Virus record (IMG/VR): IMGVR_UViG_3300025769_000007 | Coordinates: 1-61,274 of that record | Origin: a virus | Taxonomy: Duplodnaviria > Caudoviricetes | Direction: 5' to 3' (one strand) | DNA length: 61,274 nt | In this document: positions 18,701 through 26,400 of the stretch, one piece after another | Position numbering within the stretch: the stretch's first letter is position 1 | Layout: each line of letters starts with the position of its first letter | Made by a program: the position numbers and the translations under genes | Notes under the pieces: generated by a model | Told to the model about the DNA's origin: nothing | The model's input: only the letters and a program-made list of their open reading frames with translations | The model's database searches: none

Positions 18701-20621
18701 CATAAACTAAATCATCTATAGCCTGTCGAGCCACATCACTTACAGAGTAGTCTACCTTAAGTTTACCATCTCTAATTTGTTGAGCTACTTCTGGATCTTT
18801 AGCAAGGTTAATAGCCTCACCTCTAGACACCTCTCTTGTTTCACCCTTTTCGTTTGTAAAGATTACAGAGGTGTTGTCGTTGATTATGTTTAGATTTCTG
18901 CTAATATCTTTAGCACCCCTAACTGTGGTATAAGTAAGTCCACCAAATAGAGATGATATAATGGCTGTATCTACCATCCTAATAGCAAACTCTCCAGAGT
19001 CGAACTCTTCTAACCCTACAGCCGCATCAGATAGATACTGAGAACCTTCTGTTGCTACCTCAGAAGATGTTTCTATAAACATAGATTTTTTAATACCTTG
19101 GAAGTAACTATCAAGTAAAATATTAGGATCTGTAATAGCTTTAAAACCACCAGCAGTTCTAGCAGAGTTTATAATTCCTTGGGTGTACTTTTCAAAGAAA
19201 GCCTCTGAAACAGCAGTAACACCTTCACTAAAGTGTATTTGCCAATCCTTTATATCTTCACCTTTTCTTCTTCTTTCTTTAAGTTCTAAAGATTTCATAC
19301 CTCCAGCTGAGGCACCACCAAGTATAAGGGGAACTGTTCCTCCACCTGCCAAGGCTATAGATAAAGTAAAAGGAACTGCGTTAGCAATACCATTACCTGT
19401 ATTAAAGAAAGCGTCATCAAAGTTGCCGTCAAATATAGCCTTTGTAATAGATGACTCTTCAGGTATTCTAGTCTTCTCTCTTATATGCTCAGCGTAATCG
19501 CTAACCTTATTAGCATAGTATCCACCCTCTTGCATATATAAATCCCAGGCAGATAAATCTTCAAACTCTTCTGAATCAGCTAAAGGAGACGGTTTCATCC
19601 CTAAGGCTGCAGGAGCTTTCTCTAACTGCTCAAGAGCCCCAGCACCTAAATCTATAGTTGTAGCTAAAAGATTCTGCCCCCAATCACCAAACCTTCCTCC
19701 AGAATCTATCTGTCTATTCATAAAGTCTTCAACGTACTTTATAGCCTCGTAGCTTGGGTCACTTGGATCTGGAACTCTTATACTAAAGTTTACGCTTTCC
19801 CCATCTTGGGCAGCGTTAACATTATCAGTCTTCATCCAATAGTCTAAAGCTTCGTTAATAGAAGCTTCTTTGCCATCTATAGTCATGGCAGACATTCTTA
19901 TATTGTTTGAGTCTATATCTGAATCTTCTAAGGCTTTAGAAAATTCTTCAGGTGATTGAGATGATTTAGCTATGGATTGAAACAAAGCGTTATCATACTC
20001 TGTCTTTGCAGCTTTAATCTTTTCTTCGTTACCAGATAGGTATAGTTTTGAAGTAGCGTCTTTCTCAGCTAGTTCGGTTTGTTCTTGGTTGTATTCTGAC
20101 CAATTAGAAAACCTGTCGTACCACTTCTCAGCCCAAGAGGCTTGATTATCTTTCTCTTCTTGAGTCTTTTTTGTTGACTCAACCTCTTCCTCTTTATTTT
20201 TTGCTGATAAAAAGTCATCGTAATTTAAACCCTGATCTTCAAAGAAAGGTCTTTGGTCTTCTTGTCTAGCTATCTTTATCTTATCCTCGTTGGAAACACC
20301 ATCATAACTAGCTAATCTTTCTTCTAAACTAAGCTGAACGTCTTGTTCCAAAGAAGATTGACCATCTTCCGATACTGATGGAGACACCCCTGAATCCACT
20401 TGGGCACTCGCACCTTGAGGCATAGAAGAATCTTTTTTTTTTAACCTAGACTCGTATTGCTCATAGTCACCAAGGTCTATGCCTTTACCAGAAACAGTAT
20501 CGTAAAAACTTTTACGCATATCTTCTGTTTCCATTTTAGCAGAAAAGTCATCAAATGAACCAACATCAAACTTAGTTGAAATTGCTTCGTATAGTTTTTT
20601 TAAATCGTCATTCATTACCAT
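12783..20621 (-). CDS. Giant polyvalent virion (probably ejected) protein with SAM-lyase-like and zincin-like domains
   Basis: 2612 aa, last gene of the virion module; FHEIIHP...EEAFAE; VLTS...QGVY...EESLVV...FQQESI; true start probably 20615 (TAATG coupling). Confidence 0.75.
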   Translation of the reverse strand: MVMNDDLKKLYEAISTKFDVGSFDDFSAKMETEDMRKSFYDTVSGKGIDLGDYEQYESRLKKKDSSMPQGASAQVDSGVSPSVSEDGQSSLEQDVQLSLEERLASYDGVSNEDKIKIARQEDQRPFFEDQGLNYDDFLSAKNKEEEVESTKKTQEEKDNQASWAEKWYDRFSNWSEYNQEQTELAEKDATSKLYLSGNEEKIKAAKTEYDNALFQSIAKSSQSPEEFSKALEDSDIDSNNIRMSAMTIDGKEASINEALDYWMKTDNVNAAQDGESVNFSIRVPDPSDPSYEAIKYVEDFMNRQIDSGGRFGDWGQNLLATTIDLGAGALEQLEKAPAALGMKPSPLADSEEFEDLSAWDLYMQEGGYYANKVSDYAEHIREKTRIPEESSITKAIFDGNFDDAFFNTGNGIANAVPFTLSIALAGGGTVPLILGGASAGGMKSLELKERRRKGEDIKDWQIHFSEGVTAVSEAFFEKYTQGIINSARTAGGFKAITDPNILLDSYFQGIKKSMFIETSSEVATEGSQYLSDAAVGLEEFDSGEFAIRMVDTAIISSLFGGLTYTTVRGAKDISRNLNIINDNTSVIFTNEKGETREVSRGEAINLAKDPEVAQQIRDGKLKVDYSVSDVARQAIDDLVYGHSAPDAQQAKAKMFEKEKAVSSLSRKINQAKEDAKAKKEDYEVSMEDVSSLASAISEMEAEGKKSKYNVTESTRAARAESKKILDDNNIEIVDAVESQNTSVSKVTETVDATKIDSQEQYDAVKKQLEDGKRKPTVVQSQNQSGIKVNGEVSQTSEITQGKFKSVSAARNAMKDFEVANKASKKEVAEQEFTSDELAQDDSIIRTEYYTITDGDGNSQTVEVKTSKDGSKRVELKDEEGTRYSSEKFSKDNPASNEQLIDGLHPFAEDEGYSLNKREKETREGFEANYSESIVENRKAKLRAERPKSTTGSGSFPINNKLFLKTKKETLDEIPQEVIDNNDYHVLTSEKEGLTEQERVSRMESLKSMLDEAGATYYTVQGVYNGVAEESLVVTGIDNATALNIGNQFQQESIFSSKDGLMFGDGRVVPLNGDVAKGVDARKRDALTIMNVAGEKTSIHTGLEWANTSYGKNFNSDNIHKLDESDPNHDSEVFQGLTKDRKRVLGFAFKLLSSIGGLNVTVVRNSKAMEEQLKTIGQDPSKKMSSFFRGSNKTIYVNLETVQGNTLFHEIIHPMVDFIKKTDPALYERIEAEVKESGVKRRVMKDGNRMKGSYLEWAEANYEGLSEEGLIEEAFAEMMGDAAYGHFVNSQSKLSRIREVIKAMLSRLGITSPFDNVEAIDLNQMSLSNLRTDLAEALVNGRKINVGGVEFEVGDIQADKDKVNESIKFQVDKLENNSDLGVVNINIPDNTQTQEIRFQAPEFYPNFDVSKVKRGSIKEFNGQKALLMLTDRSASGMVVSPTGVKHEFDGGVFYPYQEDTGVWAFSDKAAATRMINAAKESDGLVFLTAMAPGSIDGSVNMFDYVMKELDQAIKDKRATKKEVVDFLNKKMTIKSFDSKAKDQGIKTSKIKSVKEFSNLVLSMPQAFGVRKDIIRKSIQSKIFEKWGIPSMKEIYNTVNQDIIKDLKGNPIVSAIRIDVDAGYVDSRLDDKIKDHPTYPYVVKGEPLMIFDESVDASEVWDELNLADKFLIDSRTGEKLSEGTTQARRQRKIEMARPVVDIRMQAPQAEGETNVYTSGLTTIAFDIADKVIEADYKAGKYLTGKLSKAGFDKGKEYEIRLSQLLGKPFGTHSNEEIKEIMVLSRGNLNAELLRVSENSKALKKALEGTDFTSGQINDLLHNMDEIRSMEDSEIKSILMDMRIHIDQLSRTLIEEEMIEGSTMFTVDENMGVYVRRSYKQFEVKGWEQTDNDIIKKAKEFLYREVESQNKKDVEEGRLDENGEPITLMSKDKIKDKAEVNYRKITEDKEFLYNMKNSTSLDGLNRVSSIFKEKKVIPEEIRELWGQIDNPLFNYSNTVSKLARTVSAERMFREIYDVGNGKFISNEQTSDTYYELKGSKFGSLEGKFVDEEMFAVMNQVSDGFDSKWWYNFYMKVVLFNKKMKTVWNPGTHFKNIIGNSAFATMNGHIGFRGGMYKDSKTSFNAVRGLKDAELEALYSKLVKLGVVNSSASLQEIRGIANDVYDSNFDLSEYLDESKGYVGKQIAKVGRGSKKLIKLFDDKAMSAYQAEDDIWKIFGFISEKARYIKAGLDVSTAEEMAAKNIRNLYPNYNEVPRIIRLLGRSPLVGSFVAFQAESVRNAKNTLALGFEEMGSDNSKIKKIGATRIAGTIFTMYLMESIQLYTAQFLGQMIGLGGEDDEKIEERMMRTLMPEWDASGNISYISKGELDSRQTEGQTQKDKYFDYINFSSISGVGYTKDIMRIMFNDLNTKIGKESMMDVLEKVYAPFLGEEMTLKVLRDAINNDGNKVFNPTDKPHMQIASVMSYVGNKIGPGALKTGKRIYDSMDRDSEMVPEYEVLAFFGLRVSRVNVNKNMSIQAYYVYKDMIDRVGYEVLKDQDMLMNTSNSGGSTYDSKMDNYVNRLVDVYGAGILNSIEGDDILAIFRNSRISEEVIKLVDQRAKSRYQEDYINVEAK

Positions 20622-22111
20622 TCAAGTTTTTCTGGAGCCCCACCACCTTGTTGAGATGATTCTAAATTAGAGTATTCTATTATTTTAGCACCTGTACTTC
20701 CCTTCTCAAATTTATTCTTAAATAAAGAAGAGTCTAGCCTACCTAAAGGAACTAAGAATGAAGATCCTTTGTATTCCATTACAGCTACAGGCTTATTATC
20801 CTCAGTTAAAGCAATTCTTTGAAGATTAGCTTCAATACTATCTGAGTCAGAGTCGTACCAGTTCTTGTTATATAAGAACGTTCCTGTAGTTTCTTTGTCC
20901 CCAACATTCTGACCTTCAACACCTTGTAAATCTTCTAAAAATACTGAAACTTTAGTTACATCTCTTACGACAGCACTCTTATTATCATCAAGTTTAACTG
21001 AAATATTATTTATGTTTTTAAGTTGTTCTGACGGACTCTCTAGTAAAGATATAGAATCCTTAGATAAGACTTCTTCTTCTGCCTTTTTAGTTGAAGGTTT
21101 AGAACCTCTTCGAGGGCCTCTGTTTTCGTACTCTCTATCAGAAATCTTTTTACCTAAATACTCAGCGTACTGGTCAGATAACTCTTTATTAAAGTTTTCA
21201 CTTTGAGGATCTAACTGTCCAATTAACTCTTCATCAGGGGATGTAATACCACCAACAACAGAGTCATTATTTGGATTAATATAAGCTTCTAAGAAAAAAG
21301 CCTCCTTACCAGTCATAGATTCTCCGTTTACGATAAGTTGCTCAGTATTATATATCCTTTCAGCGTTTTTATCATCATGCCTATTATAAGCATTCACCTT
21401 TAACTTTGTAGTTATTTTATCTGTAGTCTGAGATTTTTGATCGTCTGATATACTTAAGTATTCCCAACCATCTTTTCCTATAGCTTTTCCTTCACGATTT
21501 TTATCATCTTTCTCGAAGTAATCGTCTTTAGACATATAAAAGGGAACAAACTCACTCTCGTTAACCATAGACTGAGAGTCTATAGGATAAGCCTCTAAAG
21601 CTTGATCTAAGTCCATCTCACCGCTATTTACAGCCTCTTGAACTTGACTCCAGTTGTACTTATAAAGGTACTCACCATCTTCAGTCAACTTAAGGTTATC
21701 AGCCTTTCCTGCAGTAACAAGATTATTTAAAGATGTTAAGTCATTACTTATGCTGTCATACTTAGATTTATTAGCAGTAAGATCTCTTTCTAGGCTTAGT
21801 TGTTGATTTTTAGCCTCGTTATCTCCATCATATATGGCCATAGCTTTTTCATTGGCAAAACCTTGGTATTCACCAACTTGCGATTGAAACTGATCAACCA
21901 AGAAAGGATCCATTCCTTCTACAGAATAATCTTTTATTTGAGCTTTAGAACCTTTTCTTCTAGCTTCTTTCTTTTTATCAGCAAGTTGTTGCTTCCTAAG
22001 TTCCAACTCTTCTTTTTGAATAGCGAGTTGCTGCCTAGTAGCCTCTTCTTTTAAAAGATCACGATTGTTTTTAAAAACTGTACCTGTGAAAAATAAACCT
22101 TCTCCAGCCAT
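20615..22111 (-). CDS. Probable internal virion / ejection protein
   Basis: 498 aa, N-terminal coiled coil, middle of a three-gene block after the tail genes. Confidence 0.6.
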   Translation of the reverse strand: MAGEGLFFTGTVFKNNRDLLKEEATRQQLAIQKEELELRKQQLADKKKEARRKGSKAQIKDYSVEGMDPFLVDQFQSQVGEYQGFANEKAMAIYDGDNEAKNQQLSLERDLTANKSKYDSISNDLTSLNNLVTAGKADNLKLTEDGEYLYKYNWSQVQEAVNSGEMDLDQALEAYPIDSQSMVNESEFVPFYMSKDDYFEKDDKNREGKAIGKDGWEYLSISDDQKSQTTDKITTKLKVNAYNRHDDKNAERIYNTEQLIVNGESMTGKEAFFLEAYINPNNDSVVGGITSPDEELIGQLDPQSENFNKELSDQYAEYLGKKISDREYENRGPRRGSKPSTKKAEEEVLSKDSISLLESPSEQLKNINNISVKLDDNKSAVVRDVTKVSVFLEDLQGVEGQNVGDKETTGTFLYNKNWYDSDSDSIEANLQRIALTEDNKPVAVMEYKGSSFLVPLGRLDSSLFKNKFEKGSTGAKIIEYSNLESSQQGGGAPEKLEW

Positions 22112-22116
22112 GTTTC

Positions 22117-23376
22117 TTAGTATTTAGATTTCATGTAGGCTCCCATTCTAGCCTTAATCTTAGATAGGTAACCTCCACCTTTCATTTGAGGTGCGTCAAC
22201 TCTACCTTTCTCTTTAATCAATTGCTCTCTATAGTTTTTAATAAAGTCAATCTCAGCTTTACTTGTTGAATCTATATCGAAAGAAAGCTTATCACCAATA
22301 TACTTAACAAGTCCAGCAGGATTTGTTGGGTCTTCATCGAAAGGAAGTTCTCCAACGTTTCTAACTTGATCAGCGTTACCTTTCATTACTCTTACTATTT
22401 CCTGAGCCTTGTCTTGATTTAAAGGTGGTACAGTAGGTTTTTTAACCTTACCTCCCTCTTGAGCTTCACTATCATCATCACCTATGACATTCTCGTCATA
22501 CTTAGCAACTAAATCTTTCATTAAGTCAAAAGCAACATCTTTATCTTCACTCTTTAAAGCCTCTCTAATGTTGTCAACATCATCAGGAGGTAGTATAAGT
22601 TCTCCACCTGTAGCCTCACCAATCTTCTCACCGTCCTTGACCATATCTATAGGGTTACTGTTGTGATCAAACTTCCCTGGTGTTACTCCGCCCTCTTCAG
22701 AATCAATTTTACCACCTTTTTTCAGGGTCATTTTACCACCTCTAAGCTTTGCTTCTGGCTGATCATAATCTATACTAGATACCTGATCCACAGGATCTAA
22801 AGTTACAGCTTTTTGACGACTACCAAAATTCATAGCACCAATACCACTAGCTATATCCTCAAGACCACCAAATATATTTTGTTCTGCAGCAGCCTTCTGA
22901 CCTACTATACCTTTAAGTTCAGATTCAGCAACACCCAGTCTTTGACTCTCAGCCATTTGTTGTTCTTGAGACAATCTTTGTAAAGCCTGAGTTTTAGCTT
23001 CTTGTTGTTCACCAAGTAAACCTAACTCTTGCTCTCTAGCTTGTCTTTGAATACCCATAGCACCAGATAATGCTGCTCTAGGGTCTCTAGCTAAGTTTCT
23101 CATAGCTGTAGCTTGACTAGCAAGCCTAGATTGCTCTAAGCCTTCTATGTAATCCTGATCAATAGGCTCATCAACCATTCTTCTAGTAGCTGAACTAATT
23201 CCTCTTTCCAATCTACCTTTATCAAAAGCTTCCTGAGCCTTTCTAGCTTTTCTAGCCTGAATACCACCGTATATTGCCCTACCTAAGCCAAGAGCTGCTG
23301 TTGCAGCTCCAACAAAAGCTTTAGGTGCTTTTTTATTTTTGTTGTATTTTATCTTAGTTTTTACTCTACGTGCCAT
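22117..23376 (-). CDS. Probable internal virion / ejection protein
   Basis: Ala/Gly-rich amphipathic N-terminus, Gln-rich helices, KKGG/EGG motifs, TPGKFDHNSNPI...EATGGE. Confidence 0.65.
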   Translation of the reverse strand: MARRVKTKIKYNKNKKAPKAFVGAATAALGLGRAIYGGIQARKARKAQEAFDKGRLERGISSATRRMVDEPIDQDYIEGLEQSRLASQATAMRNLARDPRAALSGAMGIQRQAREQELGLLGEQQEAKTQALQRLSQEQQMAESQRLGVAESELKGIVGQKAAAEQNIFGGLEDIASGIGAMNFGSRQKAVTLDPVDQVSSIDYDQPEAKLRGGKMTLKKGGKIDSEEGGVTPGKFDHNSNPIDMVKDGEKIGEATGGELILPPDDVDNIREALKSEDKDVAFDLMKDLVAKYDENVIGDDDSEAQEGGKVKKPTVPPLNQDKAQEIVRVMKGNADQVRNVGELPFDEDPTNPAGLVKYIGDKLSFDIDSTSKAEIDFIKNYREQLIKEKGRVDAPQMKGGGYLSKIKARMGAYMKSKY

Positions 23377-23391
23377 GTTATTGAATTTTTA

Positions 23392-23399
23392 CAAATGTA
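23392..23399 (-). promoter_or_regulatory. -7 promoter box TACATTTG for the ejection-protein block
   Basis: Consensus match 16 nt upstream of ATG 23376. Confidence 0.65.
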
Positions 23400-23413
23400 C
23401 TAATTTTTTTTTA

Positions 23414-26400
23414 TTATTTATTACTAAGCTCACTCTTGTCTACATCTACGTTTGCAGCGTACAAATTAAATTTGTATTTAGACTGATACCAGTGAGATGT
23501 AAGGATTGTTTTAAGGTAGTGACCTTTTAGCTTCTCACCGTCTATAAGACCCTCCTTAACTATAAAGTAAAACTTATTACCTTGTATATCGTTGTAATTA
23601 TCTGATATAAATTCAACCCTTTCCTGTGTCACGTTGTAAACCCATCCTGCGTGTTTAGTTTCTCCTGTCTTAACATCCATACAATGCAAAGAGTATTCAC
23701 ATGGGAAAACAGAAGACCTAGACCTAGATGATGTTCCATTTTTAGCTACAAAAATTCCTCTAGGTGGATTTACTTTCTGAATATTTAAATTATTTATATA
23801 AAACTCAGGTTGATTTTCTTCAGATCTTATATATAAATAAGGGTCAATGTTTTTGTCACCAGAGTTTAACTCAATTTCATGATTTTGTAAGTAATTTGTA
23901 TTGTCAATTGAAATAGTCTGAAATGACGAACCTAGTTTACCAGATTGATTAACTCTATCTCCAATTCTAAAAGACAAAGAAACTTTACTTCTGTCTAATA
24001 CATCTATTAAGTTTAATCTAAAAGAAATTATATACTTAGAATTAGACTTAAAGTCTATAGTAGAACTTGTCCTTACTTGAGATGAAGAATTTTGTTTGTC
24101 AAAATACAAAACGTTACCACTTCTTTTTTTGTTTTTTTGAACTTTAACTCCTGAATCTACAACAGTCCAATCAGAAGAGTTCGCAAAATTACCTTTAGAA
24201 GATAAGATGTCTTTACCTTTATTGAGGCCACCATTAAGATCAAAAACTTCTTCAAACTTAAAATCTTCTCTAATATCTAAAATTCCGTACACTCCACCAG
24301 GAATTATATTAGAAACAGTAGTAGATTTACTACCCATAAAAGGAAGACTGTTAGATTTAAAATCACCTTTAAGGATAAAATTAGAACCATAACTACTTGC
24401 ACTAAACATACCTAATCCAAAAATATTAGAAGCGTCTCCATCAAAATCACCTTGAAAGTCACCATACTCATTTACGTTAAACTTGCTTGGAGCAAAAGGA
24501 ATTTGAGAATATTGAACGCCCTCCTTTGTTTTATAATCTATAACATCAATTCTATTGTTTTTTGACCTGTAGTTAACGGAGTTGTCTAAAATAACTTTTT
24601 GTTTTGTTAAGATACTTTTAACTACATTGTACTGAGGACTTAAATTTTCTGCATTATAGAACCTAATTAAATCACCTGGAGATAAATCTTTATAAAAGTT
24701 AGAGCTTGGAGATCCATAAAGGCAGTAAGGAGAGTCTTCTTTCGTTGATATAGTTCCGTCAACTTTTTTATAACCTATCTGAGTAGATACAACAGAGTCA
24801 TAAGAGTTATTGTATTGACCCATATTAGTAGACATGTTAGTTAAAAGCTTTGTGTCACTTTCTAACGATATGCTATTATAGGTTTTTACAGATGATGGGT
24901 CTGAGTTAAACGGAAACTCTATATTAGAGTTGTATCTAACACCATAGAAAGTATTAAAATTACTTTTATTTTCAGTGTTGTGTCTGTATATTTTACCATT
25001 TTTATACGTAACAAACTGTCTATTTATTTTGCCATAAAACTCTGGTTTATAGCTATAAAAAGATGTCCACTTTTTTAAAGTGTCATTAAAAGCTATAGTT
25101 TTAGCAGGGTCAAAAACTGCAGCATCTTGATTACTAACTAAACTGTAAGACTCGTCAAAATTAACAGAATCAAATCCCCAAAATCCAGAATTATTATAAT
25201 CTTCAGTTTTTAATATAGCTGGTAGAGTAACTATATACTCATCATACTTAGGATCGTAGCCAGCAACAATTTTAAGGCTTTCAAATTCTTGATCTATATA
25301 CACTTGACCTTTATCTCTAATATAATCAGACAATCCATAGTCAGAGATTCTTGTAATACCATCTCCGCCAAGCCTTAATATAGAACCTCTCTTTATGTCT
25401 ACAAAATAAAACCTATCATTATTCTCAACTATACTTTCAGGGTTGAGGCTACAACCATTCTCTGCAGAATACACCTGAGCATAATCAGCAAGTATATCTT
25501 TAGATAGCGTTAGATTAGAGTTACCATCAGCATAATTAACTATATTTTTACCAACCAAAGCTCTACCTACTCTATTCTCATGAAATATCAAAAGGTCATC
25601 ACCTTTAATCATTAAAGATTGTATTGACCCAAAGTCTTGATTGTAGTCGTAGTATGGAGATGTTGCCATATCAAAAGTACTAAGACCATTAAAATTAGCC
25701 GTACCTTGAAAAACATCAGAGTAGTATACTGAGGCTGACAACCTTCTCTCTTCAGAATAAGGATTTACTATATTGACTCTACCCTTATCCCAGTTGTCAG
25801 AATTATAGAAATCTGTTAGGTAATAACTCTCGCAAGCAAAAGCAACTTGTTCAACCCCCGAAGTTAGGTTCCCATCACTTTCAACACGTTTTTCATGATA
25901 AGGAACCATAACCCTTCTTCTAGTGTAAACATCACCATGAAGTAAAGTTCCAGCAGCATAGTTTGTAGTTTGGTTTCCACTATCATCAATAGGTCCATTT
26001 AGACCATCTATAGCTGTAACCTCCATTCTAGACTCTTCGTCAAAAAAGTAATCAGAACCTTGCCCCTGATGAGACCTAAAATCAGTTCCTGGATTCTCTA
26101 TCTCAAACTTTTCTCCTACCTCATAAAACAAACCAGAAACCTCTGATTGTATAGATTTTTTAGGTCTATATATTTCTACTATAAGTCTATTATAGCCGTT
26201 ATGTGAAAAATCATAGTCAGTATGATCAACATCAGCATGATCAATAGCTATACTACCATCAATAGTTCCATTATTTGCTGTAGAAAAATCTATATCGTTA
26301 CCAGCATCTGTAGGACTATCTATAACAATGTAAAATCCTGGAATACGATCAGATCCACCAACAGCATCCTGAATCTCCTCTTGAGTGTAAAAATCATAAG

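Noticed and set aside
16752-19497. Short opposite-strand or alternative-frame ORFs inside long genes, here and elsewhere (for example 35050, 42227, 43260, 55937)
   Set aside because: Shadow ORFs with no leaders or motifs, fully overlapping well-supported genes
12783-20621. Virion RNA polymerase as in crAss phages
   Set aside because: No DxDxD-type catalytic motif in a recognisable context; host-type promoters occur throughout
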